DNA of 62,982 bases, taken from positions 1 through 62,982 of IMG/VR virus record IMGVR_UViG_3300042924_002983; one strand, given 5' to 3'. Positions 1-9,404 of the stretch are shown in pieces. Source of the DNA: a virus (taxonomy: Duplodnaviria; Caudoviricetes). Made by a program: the position numbers and the translations under genes. Position 1 is the first letter of the stretch. Each line of letters begins with the position of its first letter. Below the pieces are notes generated by a model, which was given only the letters and a program-made list of their open reading frames with translations, was not told where the DNA came from and did not search any database.

Positions 1-381
1 CAATGATTGGCTGACCGTCCGGCCCCATGGCTGGCACTGGGGGCTGGGGCTGGATGCCAAGGAGTGCTGGCCCGATGATGGGATACTCCTTGGGGGTCAC
101 CGCGCGGTTGGGGTTCCGGTGGTGGATTACCGCGGTGAAGAGGCGCACGGCCTCCCACACACGGTTGACCTGCATGCGGAATGCAGGAGGAGTCATCCCC
201 TTGTTGTAGCCCCGCTCCCCGCGGGCATACCCATCTTTCCACATGAAATCTGGGTCGCCAGCGAAGAAGTTCATCGCCTCGTCACCGTCCTCTGTGAACG
301 GACGCTTATGAGCAGTTGCCTGCTTAATGCACTCAAGCCAGCGGGCGACGATTGGACGAAGCGGTTTATCCATGGAGACTC

Positions 382-397
382 CTATTAGCTAGTGTCC
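382..397 (-). promoter_or_regulatory. Putative phage late-promoter motif upstream of portal (second copy 62167-62182)
   Basis: GGACACTAGC-TAA-TAG; related motif at five other operon starts. Confidence 0.6.
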
Positions 398-715
398 TTA
401 CTTGCCTCTGCGGGCTTCCAAGTCGGCCACCTTCCGCTCCAAAAGCGCCACTTTCTCGGCCAGAATCGCATTCTTCTGGGGCTTGTGTTCCCAGTTGCCG
501 TAGTCCTTCCAAGCCGGGAACTCGCTCACGCCCGGGTCGGTGACATGGTGGACCGACTGCTTCTCATTCCCGCCGTACCCGGGGGCCAAGGCCCACAGGG
601 TGAGGGTCCGCTGGCTCACCTTCGTCACCAACGCCGGAACAGTCTCCGCACCCTCATGGGCACGGAACAGCACCCAGTCACCAAGCTCAGCTGTCGGCAT
701 CACGTAATCGCTCAT
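398..715 (-). CDS. Hypothetical protein between terminase and portal (second copy 62183..62500)
   Basis: ATGA overlap with terminase stop; ORF intact in both diverged copies. Confidence 0.85.
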   Translation of the reverse strand: MSDYVMPTAELGDWVLFRAHEGAETVPALVTKVSQRTLTLWALAPGYGGNEKQSVHHVTDPGVSEFPAWKDYGNWEHKPQKNAILAEKVALLERKVADLEARRGK

Positions 716-2397
716 CTTTGTCTACTCCCCATTGGCCCGAGAACAATGCAGTTGTCTTCGGACGACTGCTGCCTGCGGCGTTTATCCGCGAGGTAACGCA
801 CCCACCATGGATCGGGGCCATAGGTCTTTGGCGGTGCGTGGTATTTGGGTTCGTACGCGCAGAGGTACTCCACGCTTTGAATGGCGTGGACTTCCCCGCG
901 GCTCTGCGGCTCATCGGTCACGTAGACCTGGCCGTTGACGCTCGTCGTCTTCTTCCGGTAGCGGCGAATCTCGCGCATCAGATTCGGACAAGCACCGTCC
1001 AAGAACTTCAGTCTGGTGCTGCCGTCTCCCCGGATGTGGAGCATCTGCCGGACAAGCGCCGTGCGGGCCGGGATGTCGTCTGAGCCGGGGATGAAGCCGT
1101 ACCCGCTCATCTGCGACTTGATGCCGCGCTTCTTCAGTTCCTCTGAGTACAGTTCATGGGGGAGACGGCCCGAGCCTAAGTCTCTGAGCATGCCGCCGTG
1201 CATGTCGATGATGAACGTCCGGTAGCTCTGGCCATCGGCCTTCTGTGCGAACTGGTCGCCAAAGATGAGCGCGTTGGCCTGTCGGATATAGAGTTCGTCG
1301 TAGATCAGCAGGAACTTTTCGTCCGGCGGTACGGCACCGAAGACGCACGCGAGGACTGTATGGCCAGGGTCAATCGCCACATACCGCGTCCAGTCCTGCG
1401 GAACCCGCCCATCGGGTAGATCCTCTCGCCGCAGAACATGCACGCCAGGATTGAACGACGGGTACATGAGCGTGCTTTCCGTGGTGAACTCACCCTCCGC
1501 TCGCATGCGAAGCTCGTCCATCCCCAAGGCAGACCACCGCTCAATGTTTTTGGCTTTTTCTTCTTTGTCGATATGGTCGTTGTCCAAGAAGCGCAGGGTG
1601 AACTTCTTAATAATTGAGTTCTCGCGCCCCTCTTCTTCGGCCTTGTCCGCACGTTCACACAACCCCAACAGCGCATCGTTTTTACTATGCGGCATAGCCG
1701 ACCATACAAACCGGCCTTTGCGGTCGGCAAGCCGCGCCTGCATCTCCCCGACCCACCGTTCATTATTAATATCCTCATCAATGTGAACTAAGTCGGCCTG
1801 GAACCCTTGGGGTGGTTCGCCTTCGGAGGAGAAGCAATTAATAGTCCACCCGTTAGTAAGCTCTGCTTTGTTGAGATAGCCTGCGTTCTTCAGTACCCAA
1901 CTCATCTCTTTGATCATGCGGGGCGGGATGAGGGGCGGTGCTGGCTTGGCTTTGGCGGGGTCGTCCACCCCGGGCTTAAATGCCCGCCACTGATTCGTCT
2001 TCTCGTCCTTGATCATCTTGAACGCACCGGCACGGAACAGCATCGGCACAACCACAAGACCTATGTGGGGCCAGTTCCGGCCGATGATCACTAGGTTCCC
2101 GCCCTCTTTGGGATACTTCCCGTACGGGTCTTGTCCGGTGGCTGCGCGAGCATCCTCTATGAAACTTGCGGCGCTCTTTCCTGACCGATTGCCGCCGATC
2201 AGCAGGCGTTCGCTCGCCATGCACTTGTGGAACTCCTCCTGCTTTGGCATCGGGGTGTAGAGCCGCAGAGCTTCGATCCGGCGTTCAGCAAGCTCCAGCT
2301 GAACATCACGCAGCTGGTTGAGAGCATGCTGTGTGATGCCTTGGACGGCCGGTTCGTCAGGTGGCGGTGGTGGTGGTACGTGTGGGTGCTTGCGCAT
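712..2397 (-). CDS. terL: Terminase large subunit
   Basis: Walker A GGNRSGKS, Walker B VHIDED, nuclease motif AIDPG; lies upstream of portal. Confidence 0.93.
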   Translation of the reverse strand: MRKHPHVPPPPPPDEPAVQGITQHALNQLRDVQLELAERRIEALRLYTPMPKQEEFHKCMASERLLIGGNRSGKSAASFIEDARAATGQDPYGKYPKEGGNLVIIGRNWPHIGLVVVPMLFRAGAFKMIKDEKTNQWRAFKPGVDDPAKAKPAPPLIPPRMIKEMSWVLKNAGYLNKAELTNGWTINCFSSEGEPPQGFQADLVHIDEDINNERWVGEMQARLADRKGRFVWSAMPHSKNDALLGLCERADKAEEEGRENSIIKKFTLRFLDNDHIDKEEKAKNIERWSALGMDELRMRAEGEFTTESTLMYPSFNPGVHVLRREDLPDGRVPQDWTRYVAIDPGHTVLACVFGAVPPDEKFLLIYDELYIRQANALIFGDQFAQKADGQSYRTFIIDMHGGMLRDLGSGRLPHELYSEELKKRGIKSQMSGYGFIPGSDDIPARTALVRQMLHIRGDGSTRLKFLDGACPNLMREIRRYRKKTTSVNGQVYVTDEPQSRGEVHAIQSVEYLCAYEPKYHAPPKTYGPDPWWVRYLADKRRRQQSSEDNCIVLGPMGSRQR

Positions 2398-2447
2398 ATT
2401 CGCCGCAGTAGTCGGTATCTGCCGTCACGGGATGAACATCGACGGGT

Positions 2448-3047
2448 TCATTGGCCATCGGGAGCGGGGGGTAGCGGTGGCACTGGCCGTGGCGATCCAC
2501 CGTCTTCTCCCACCACCGGCACGTTTTGCACTCCATGTTGCAACTCCTTCAAAGGGATTCCTTGGATCGTAATCGTTGTGGCGGCTTCCATAATTCGCTG
2601 GCGAAGCTCGTCCTCTAGCTCCTCTTCGCTCCAAGCGGTGAGAGGTTTCTTGGCTCCACCCATAGCGGTGTTGGCAGACACCAATCGCACAACGGTGTCC
2701 AGCATCTTGGTTCTGAACGCGCCGCCAGAAGGCGCATCAAAGAACTGTTTGAGGTACACGTTGGAAAACCCTCTCACCCCACCGAAATACTCCATGAGAA
2801 CTTCCAAGAGTTCCGATGAGTGGGGGATGTTCGCGCCGCCAATCCTGGCCGAGGCTACGAACAGATCGACCGCGCCCTTCTCAATCTCCGCGAGCTTCTT
2901 GTTGCCCTTCTTCTTGCGGGCCTTCTTCTCATGGGCGTTGCGGCACTTGCGGCACCGCGCGTGAAACCCGTCCTTGGATTTATGCCAGTTGGCGGGTGTC
3001 ACTTCATAGGAAGTCCCGCACTGGATGCACGCCTTGTACTCAGACAG
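2448..3047 (-). CDS. Zn-finger protein, terminase small subunit candidate (start uncertain; CTG at 3047 proposed)
   Basis: Directly upstream of terL; in-frame extension gives CIQC...CRKC. Confidence 0.5.
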   Translation of the reverse strand: MSEYKACIQCGTSYEVTPANWHKSKDGFHARCRKCRNAHEKKARKKKGNKKLAEIEKGAVDLFVASARIGGANIPHSSELLEVLMEYFGGVRGFSNVYLKQFFDAPSGGAFRTKMLDTVVRLVSANTAMGGAKKPLTAWSEEELEDELRQRIMEAATTITIQGIPLKELQHGVQNVPVVGEDGGSPRPVPPLPPAPDGQ

Positions 3048-3906
3048 GTTTCACACTCCACTTAGGGCGCAGATCCATCAGCTTCACGCCCGCATCGTAG
3101 TTGGCTTCCCAGCACTGCTTGAGCTTGCCGCTGATGTCCACAGCCTGGACGATCTGTGGCTTGCCAACGCACTTCGGCTTCCAGTGCCCAGCCCACGCAT
3201 CCCAATTGCAAAACACTGGGTTGTAGCCCAGCTTTTGCGTGCCCGCGAGGGACAGGTCGCGGGTCATCGTCACATCCTCAGTGGATGACTTCTCAGACTG
3301 ATACTTGTCTGGGTATTCGTAGTAGAACCAAGGGTTGTCGTTGGTGTCCTTTGGCTCAGTCACCTCAAAGGCCCGCATGTCGTACATGATCAATCCCGTG
3401 GGCAGGGCGGCGCACTCTTGGATGCCTGCCATCTTGGCCCCGGTGTCACGGTCGTACATCTCCAGCTTGAAGTCTGGATTGGCGTTGTTCGACTGCAGAG
3501 CCTGCCATCGGAACACGTAGACGTTCTCATGCGGTGGCGGGCCGCAGTAGGGCGCGCCGATGACCACCGGACCCTTGTGGTAGTGATCTACCAAGAAGTC
3601 GAAGGACGAGGACAGGAACGGCTTGGCATCGGCTTGCCCAGCGTACATGTCAGGCTTCATGTCCGAGTCCACCATCACTAGCACATCGACACCGTACTGG
3701 CGAGCCATGAGGACGGCCCGATTGCGTGTCATGGTGATGGGCGTGTCTGACAGATTCCACACTTGGATCCGCGAGACGCGAGGGTCTTGCGCAAGGCTAG
3801 ATGTGACCGGAAGCATCCACTCCCGAATGTCAGGCACCTCAGAGGAGATGCCGCCGTTGCCGCCGTAAGAGAACGTGCAGAAACCGATGGAGAACTTTTG
3901 TTGCAT
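3040..3906 (-). CDS. GT-A fold (family 2-like) glycosyltransferase
   Basis: ITMTRNRAV...VLVMVDSDM (DxD motif), later G-hydrophobic and SEDV-like motifs. Confidence 0.7.
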   Translation of the reverse strand: MQQKFSIGFCTFSYGGNGGISSEVPDIREWMLPVTSSLAQDPRVSRIQVWNLSDTPITMTRNRAVLMARQYGVDVLVMVDSDMKPDMYAGQADAKPFLSSSFDFLVDHYHKGPVVIGAPYCGPPPHENVYVFRWQALQSNNANPDFKLEMYDRDTGAKMAGIQECAALPTGLIMYDMRAFEVTEPKDTNDNPWFYYEYPDKYQSEKSSTEDVTMTRDLSLAGTQKLGYNPVFCNWDAWAGHWKPKCVGKPQIVQAVDISGKLKQCWEANYDAGVKLMDLRPKWSVKPV

Positions 3907-3930
3907 TTCACACCCCGGGGTAGGTGTACA

Positions 3931-3959
3931 AGTCTACAGTATGACTAGGCGAGTGTCAA
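3931..3959 (-). promoter_or_regulatory. Sigma70-type promoter
   Basis: TTGACA-17 nt-TAGACT, about 25 nt before the glycosyltransferase ATG. Confidence 0.7.
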
Positions 3960-5392
3960 CGACGCCTGGAGGGCACGCCTTGGACGTTAGCGCGCGGGTT
4001 GTACGCAGTCCCTTGTGACGGTGGCTCAATGGGGCGGGCGGTGCCTACTCGCTGACTAGACCGCCGCCTTGAACCCGCATATTCAGCCGCCAGTTGTCGA
4101 TTGCTGAAATCAATAGGGTCGGTTGGCGTAAGATCAGTCGGATCTTCCAGTTGGCGTGTTGGGAAACCCGTCGAACGCATAAACTCAGGCGGGGCTGGAG
4201 GGCTGCTTGGCTGCGGATTGAAATAGTCCGATGTATCGCTGGGGAAGATGGATACCGATTGGCGGGCGGCGCTGCGACTGGGTGCGCTTGCTGCCTGAGA
4301 TGGCCTGGAAGGGGAGCCTTGCTGCGGCGGGGCGGCAAAGGTAGCGGTACGCATGTCATAGTTCTGAGGCGCGAACTGGTCGTAGGTCTGCTGGTCCCAA
4401 GTCGGCTGCGGGTTGTTGGCTTGCGGGCTATTGCCGAACGGGTTCTGGAAGTTGCCCTGCATGTATTGCGTGGCGTTGCCCATGGCCCGCTGAGCGTCTG
4501 GGTTCTGCTTGGCGCTGGGCTGAGATCTTGGGCCGTAGCTTTGAACTAGGCTGTCGCCGTAGGGAACCTGCTGGCGAAAGTTTCCAACCGCCTGCGGGTT
4601 CTGCTGCGCGCGCTGCGACTCCGCAGCTTGCGAGAATGGGTTGTAGAACGTACCGTTGGCCAGCTGGTCGTTGGCCTGCGACAACAACTGACTGGGGTCG
4701 AAGGTCACGGGGCCGGTCTGCTGACCACCGTTGTACTGGCCGAGCCGCTGCGAGAGGTTGCCGACAAACGCCTCGCGCTGCGTCATGGCATCCTGCCACT
4801 GCAGCGGGTTCCCATCCACGCCGGTCGCGCTCGCTTGGATCGGGCTGGGGCGTCGGTCTATGGCGTTGTATGCCATGTTTCCGGCGTTACTCTGCCCGCC
4901 AGACATTGGACCGTACTGGCCGGTCGTCGGGTTATAGCCCTGTGATGTGAACACCCCGGGCATCGTAAACGACTGAGCCTGCGTGTTGCCGCCGTACTGC
5001 TTAGATGCTTGGTTGTACGCCTGCGCCCAAATCTGGTTGGATGGCACCTGCCCCGAGAGGTCGTTCCGCTGCGCTCCCTTGGGAGGAGTCCAGCCACCAC
5101 TTGGGCCTTGGATGGGGGGAATGCCGTAGCGTTCGTAGGGAGACAGCGATGCTGCTCCGGGCGCAGAGCCGGTCTGCGCGTATGCCGACATGTCAGGTGC
5201 CTTACTGGGCGCAGCTTGCTGCTGGGGAGCTTGCGGCTTGGAGGACGAAGTGCTTGCGCTGGTGGACGGGCCAGACGCACTAGGCTGCGAAGCCCGTTTC
5301 CGCGCCTGCTCCGCGATCCATCCTTTGTCACCAAAGAACTTATCTGTCTCGGCAGCGGCATACGCTGGGTCGGTCCCTTTGGCGAAAATCAC
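3956..5392 (-). CDS. Q/P/S-rich low-complexity protein, possibly virion-internal
   Basis: 478-aa ORF downstream of head genes. Confidence 0.65.
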   Translation of the reverse strand: MIFAKGTDPAYAAAETDKFFGDKGWIAEQARKRASQPSASGPSTSASTSSSKPQAPQQQAAPSKAPDMSAYAQTGSAPGAASLSPYERYGIPPIQGPSGGWTPPKGAQRNDLSGQVPSNQIWAQAYNQASKQYGGNTQAQSFTMPGVFTSQGYNPTTGQYGPMSGGQSNAGNMAYNAIDRRPSPIQASATGVDGNPLQWQDAMTQREAFVGNLSQRLGQYNGGQQTGPVTFDPSQLLSQANDQLANGTFYNPFSQAAESQRAQQNPQAVGNFRQQVPYGDSLVQSYGPRSQPSAKQNPDAQRAMGNATQYMQGNFQNPFGNSPQANNPQPTWDQQTYDQFAPQNYDMRTATFAAPPQQGSPSRPSQAASAPSRSAARQSVSIFPSDTSDYFNPQPSSPPAPPEFMRSTGFPTRQLEDPTDLTPTDPIDFSNRQLAAEYAGSRRRSSQRVGTARPIEPPSQGTAYNPRANVQGVPSRRR

Positions 5393-5547
5393 TAGCGATC
5401 TCCTTGTTGCGTTGTCATGCCGTCCGTGCCAACGCCCGTGCCGTAGAGCATGCGAAGGCGTTCAGCATCGTCCTGCGGGAGATCGCGGATCTCAGCGATT
5501 AGCTGGCGCAGGAAGTCCAGGTTCTGGATGGCTGGGTCTTGGTTCAT
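5392..5547 (-). CDS. Small hypothetical protein (51 aa, MNQDPAIQNLDF...)
   Basis: Read manually; fills the gap and abuts the next start. Confidence 0.55.
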   Translation of the reverse strand: MNQDPAIQNLDFLRQLIAEIRDLPQDDAERLRMLYGTGVGTDGMTTQQGDR

Positions 5548-5551
5548 CTAG

Positions 5552-5585
5552 AAAACGGGGCCAGGATGTTTCCACCCTGGCCCCG
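5552..5585 (-). terminator. Intrinsic terminator after capsid/decoration genes
   Basis: CGGGGCCAGG stem with GAAA-capped loop followed by TTTT on the minus strand. Confidence 0.7.
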
Positions 5586-5611
5586 CCCCCGAAAGCCCGT
5601 GAAGGGCAGTT

Positions 5612-6229
5612 TTACGAAGCCCGAGTCCGAATCAGAGCGAGAACGGCCGAGCCGGTCGTCGCACCCGCGCTGCATGCGTAACCGATGACACCGATGCCGT
5701 TGTCGTTCGCACCAGCAGTGCTGGACGACAGCGGGGACACCGTCACGCGGCCAGCCGTGGTCGCGCCGCTCGTCGCAGCGGTCACCACCGACAGAGCCGA
5801 GCGGACGGCAACGTCCGAACCGGAGAGGGCCACCGACACTTCGGTCGGGCCATCAACCGTCACCCAGAACACATCATTGTTGGCAACGCCACCGGCCGGG
5901 AGGAACTCGTCCACCACACCAACGAGCGAATCGTTGGTCACCGCAGCGTAACCGTCAGCAGCGCCAAAGAGAGCCTTGCCGGTGCCACCCAGTCGAACAA
6001 CTCGCTTGGGCAGCAAGGCCGCACCCGAGGTGTTACGAACAGCGATGCACACCTTGCGGCGATTGCTGCGGACCTGACCGTTGACGGGGTTCACATCGGT
6101 GAACTCCTTCACACAGCCAACCCAGTTATCGCCGTACGACCCTGTCGTAATACCGTACAGACTGTCATTCGGACTATCCAAGCCAAGCGTCTGGCCCAGA
6201 CCGAACGGAGGATCAACTTGCAGTCCCAT
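5612..6229 (-). CDS. Capsid decoration/cement protein candidate
   Basis: G/A/T/V-rich beta protein immediately after the major capsid gene. Confidence 0.6.
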   Translation of the reverse strand: MGLQVDPPFGLGQTLGLDSPNDSLYGITTGSYGDNWVGCVKEFTDVNPVNGQVRSNRRKVCIAVRNTSGAALLPKRVVRLGGTGKALFGAADGYAAVTNDSLVGVVDEFLPAGGVANNDVFWVTVDGPTEVSVALSGSDVAVRSALSVVTAATSGATTAGRVTVSPLSSSTAGANDNGIGVIGYACSAGATTGSAVLALIRTRAS

Positions 6230-6247
6230 TGTGACTATAGTCCTTTC

Positions 6248-7369
6248 TCAGGCGGTGATGATTTTGAAGAAGTTGCGCGGCGACTTGAACTTCAAGTTGC
6301 CGAGCGTCGAAACAACGTAGCGATACTGCTGGGTGATTTCGTCATAGAATGGACCCTCTGAATTCATCAGCTGGCCTTCCATGCAGAGCAGTTCAATGTT
6401 GCCCACAGACAGGCCGTAGCCGGTGCCCGCAGGAACAGAACCTTCGCTCGCGATTTCCACCCCGTCCAGTTCAAACACATCGGTGAAGCCATAGGATCGC
6501 AGGCCGTTAGTACGGCTGACAATCACTCGCTCCTTGGAGTCCAGCGTGTTGAGGAAGTCGATATAGCTGCGTCGATCAAACAGCAACATATCCACTTGAT
6601 CCTCTTTGCTATCATTTCGGCGGGTCTGGTGAATCGCTTCACGCACCGCCTTAACGCAGTTGGCAGACCAAGTGTTCCCGGTCGCATTGAAGTAGGTGCT
6701 AAGACCCTGGACGATTACCGGAGAGTAAAAATCAAACTCCGGGTCGGCCGAGCCGTTGGGCCAGACGCCCGTCGTCTGCGAGCCACCGTACGCACCCAGC
6801 ACAGTCGAAAGACCGGCGTAGGTATCGGACGGTGCGTAGAACGGGTCAGCATCATTCCGGTTGCGAAGCGCGCCGGTGGTGACGTTGATCGTCTGCGGCG
6901 TAGCGGCCAGACCAAGGAAACTCTCAACGCCGTGGAAACGGAGTTCGTTGCCAGCAGCATAGCCGTCAACCACCCACTCCTTGGCAAGGTACTGTTCCAT
7001 GCTAGTAAGCAGGCGGCTCGCCATCTTACCAGCGACGTTTACAAGCGCCTGAGCCGAGCGATTTTCCAGCATCTCTTTTTTATAGATGGCATCGCTTGCC
7101 TGTGCCCCGCGGAATTCAAGCTCCGCTCTCTTCCAGAGATTCTGGCGTGCGAAGGTACGCGGCGTTTCTCCATTATTCCCCGATGGAACGTGGTTCCGGT
7201 ACTGGATCTCCCAATCAAAACCCCTGCCTGACATGTTGGTGCGGATCTGGCCCGAGCCTTCCAGAGCAGCAAACAACTTGTACTTACGAAGCGATGCGAT
7301 CTCCTCCTCACGGAGGTGGTTTACAATGGTCGTAGCAATACTACGCGCCCAGTCAGTCGAACTTGCCAT
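6248..7369 (-). CDS. Major capsid protein
   Basis: 373 aa after scaffold; P22-coat-like layout, C-terminal GNL...SPRN. Confidence 0.8.
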   Translation of the reverse strand: MASSTDWARSIATTIVNHLREEEIASLRKYKLFAALEGSGQIRTNMSGRGFDWEIQYRNHVPSGNNGETPRTFARQNLWKRAELEFRGAQASDAIYKKEMLENRSAQALVNVAGKMASRLLTSMEQYLAKEWVVDGYAAGNELRFHGVESFLGLAATPQTINVTTGALRNRNDADPFYAPSDTYAGLSTVLGAYGGSQTTGVWPNGSADPEFDFYSPVIVQGLSTYFNATGNTWSANCVKAVREAIHQTRRNDSKEDQVDMLLFDRRSYIDFLNTLDSKERVIVSRTNGLRSYGFTDVFELDGVEIASEGSVPAGTGYGLSVGNIELLCMEGQLMNSEGPFYDEITQQYRYVVSTLGNLKFKSPRNFFKIITA

Positions 7370-8385
7370 CAGATAACTCCATCGTTAGCTAGTTGGCTTT
7401 TCAGCCGGTCCTCAAAACTCATCCGCGCGCGCGGTGCCCGCGGTTCCGTAGTTCCTGCACTTCGATTCGGAGTGCGTGTTGCGCGCTCGCGAAGGAACTG
7501 CATGTTCTGTTCTGCAACGGGGTCGGCCTGGGGGACAGGAGGGGCAGGGGGGGCCATCTGAGGCTGAGCCTGCATCTGCTGCATCTGCTGGTAGCGCATG
7601 TTCAACAGGTCGCGCTGCAGCATGCCGGTCGCGTACTTCCAGCGGTCATTGGCCGACTGGATGCCAAGCTGCTGTGCTTGGGCGATGTACTGCGAGATCG
7701 CCTGACCTTCTTGGGTGGGATTGCCCTGCTGGTCGTAGAGCCAGTCAGCGTTCTGACGCTCCAGATCCTGCACGTAGTTCTGCGTCTGGTACTGGCTGAG
7801 ATGGTTCTGCACCATCTCCTGAGCCTTCTGGATCGCGACCTGCTCAACGAAAGGCTTGAGCGTGTTTTCGGGATCGGTCACCAGCTTGCGGGCGAAATCT
7901 GCCGTGTAGCTCTGGTATTCCCTGAGAGCCTGCTGGGCCTCATAGGGAGCATCCTGCGAGATCACTTCCTTGCCCGTGGAGGGATCCCGAACGATGTAGC
8001 TCTTCCACGTATCCTTGACCTGGGGCGGCGACCACCACTTCGGAGCTTCTGGCTCCTTGGGCTTGGCAGCTTCGGCCTGAGCCTTCTTCCAAGTCTCAAA
8101 CTCCCGCTGGTTCCGCAGGTACTCCTGGGCGTAGGGAACGACCGACTGGTACTGCTGCAGCTGACGCTGAGTCTCACCGTAGCCGTTGTAGGCCCGATAG
8201 AGGTTCTGGGCGATTGAGAGATCGTCCTGACCCTGGAAGTCGGGGAGGTGCCGGAAGGCAGAGTAGGGGGTATCAAAGCCGGGAGTAGAAGTCTCTGAAC
8301 CGGCCGTGTCCTGCGAGGGTGCTTCGTAGCTTGTCTCAGCTACGGGAGCTTCCTGCGTCTGGAGTTCTGGAGTTTCGTCTGACAT
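7369..8385 (-). CDS. Scaffolding protein candidate
   Basis: Acidic N-terminus, Q-rich helical body, TGATG coupling to capsid gene. Confidence 0.7.
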   Translation of the reverse strand: MSDETPELQTQEAPVAETSYEAPSQDTAGSETSTPGFDTPYSAFRHLPDFQGQDDLSIAQNLYRAYNGYGETQRQLQQYQSVVPYAQEYLRNQREFETWKKAQAEAAKPKEPEAPKWWSPPQVKDTWKSYIVRDPSTGKEVISQDAPYEAQQALREYQSYTADFARKLVTDPENTLKPFVEQVAIQKAQEMVQNHLSQYQTQNYVQDLERQNADWLYDQQGNPTQEGQAISQYIAQAQQLGIQSANDRWKYATGMLQRDLLNMRYQQMQQMQAQPQMAPPAPPVPQADPVAEQNMQFLRERATRTPNRSAGTTEPRAPRARMSFEDRLKSQLANDGVI

Positions 8386-8408
8386 GTATTTCCTTTCGGG
8401 GGAAGGGT

Positions 8409-8425
8409 CTACATAGTCAGTGTCC
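8409..8425 (-). promoter_or_regulatory. Late-promoter motif upstream of scaffold
   Basis: GGACACTGAC-TATG-TAG. Confidence 0.55.
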
Positions 8426-8441
8426 TGTTTCTCCTATTTTG

Positions 8442-9404
8442 TTACGGGGTAGGTTGCTCGCTTGCGCCAGAGGCGGCTGCGCCTGCTCCTATTGCTCCCG
8501 GTACTGCATACTTGCGCAGGATGCGGATCTGGTCTTCGGTGCCTGGGAACATCACGTAGTTGCGCGTGCCGCTTGGGCCGAGATTGCGTGATCCTTGGTC
8601 TAGGTAGCGGATGCCGGGAACCCCCGATGATCGCAACGCCTCCGATGCCAGCTTAAAACGCTCCTCAAAGTTATCCGCCCCATATCGCCGCACTGCTGGG
8701 TGGCCTGACAATCCGTGGTAGATGTTTCTGCCGCTAATTTCCCAAGGCGTGTCAAACCCATAAGCAGTAAAGAGAGTATCTTTTTCCAGCCCAGGCTGGT
8801 TGAAGTTTTTCCCCCGAATCGGACTTCCTACAGAGTCCACAGACGGAACCCCCAGCTTGCGCAACGCCTCTAGGACATGTGGCGGCTGGTCCATCATCGT
8901 TGCGTCCCAGTCCAAGAAGGCGCTTTCTGGATGAGCTATCTCTAACTCATACCCAGTGCCCAGCTGGTCTTTGGCGACTCTTGCGCTGTCGGTTACCTCG
9001 TAACCAGAGAATCCAGATTTACGCCCCAGTGACTGGCTTATTGCCTGCGACGGGTAATCAAATCCCAGCCAGTCGTTGGCGTGTAGCTCTTTCAGAAAGT
9101 TTTGCTGACGCGGGTCAAACCCTTGCAGGCTCCCCATCACATCGGCTGGGTCTGCGTCTTCTGGAAGTGCATTGAGGAAGTCATCACGCAACTTGCGGTA
9201 TGAGAGAGATCGCCTGTACTCGTCGGCAACATCTTTGTTTTGGGCTAGGTAGTGGCCGTAGCCGTAAGCCTGGTGTCCCTCTCCTGAGTTGATGAACTTT
9301 GCATCAAAGCCATCAAAGTGCTTGGGCTGCGGGCTACCGTGATAGGCGCGGATGACTTGGCGTACCGCATCACCGGATGCGTCTAGCTGGCTGGGCGTAG
9401 GCAT
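8442..9404 (-). CDS. Polyvalent-protein-type, ADP-ribosyltransferase-like domain protein
   Basis: AYHGSP...FD.F...SGEG.QAYG.G.Y and C-terminal GIRYLD...NYVMF motifs, typical of phage polyvalent proteins. Confidence 0.6.
   Translation of the reverse strand: MPTPSQLDASGDAVRQVIRAYHGSPQPKHFDGFDAKFINSGEGHQAYGYGHYLAQNKDVADEYRRSLSYRKLRDDFLNALPEDADPADVMGSLQGFDPRQQNFLKELHANDWLGFDYPSQAISQSLGRKSGFSGYEVTDSARVAKDQLGTGYELEIAHPESAFLDWDATMMDQPPHVLEALRKLGVPSVDSVGSPIRGKNFNQPGLEKDTLFTAYGFDTPWEISGRNIYHGLSGHPAVRRYGADNFEERFKLASEALRSSGVPGIRYLDQGSRNLGPSGTRNYVMFPGTEDQIRILRKYAVPGAIGAGAAASGASEQPTP

Larger units (their letters stand above)
1..1197. repeat. Terminal redundancy, left copy (imperfect direct repeat of 61786-62982)
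   Basis: Same sequence and ORFs recur at offset 61785 (27..209 = 61812..61994; 398..715 = 62183..62500), with scattered, mostly synonymous substitutions. Confidence 0.95.
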
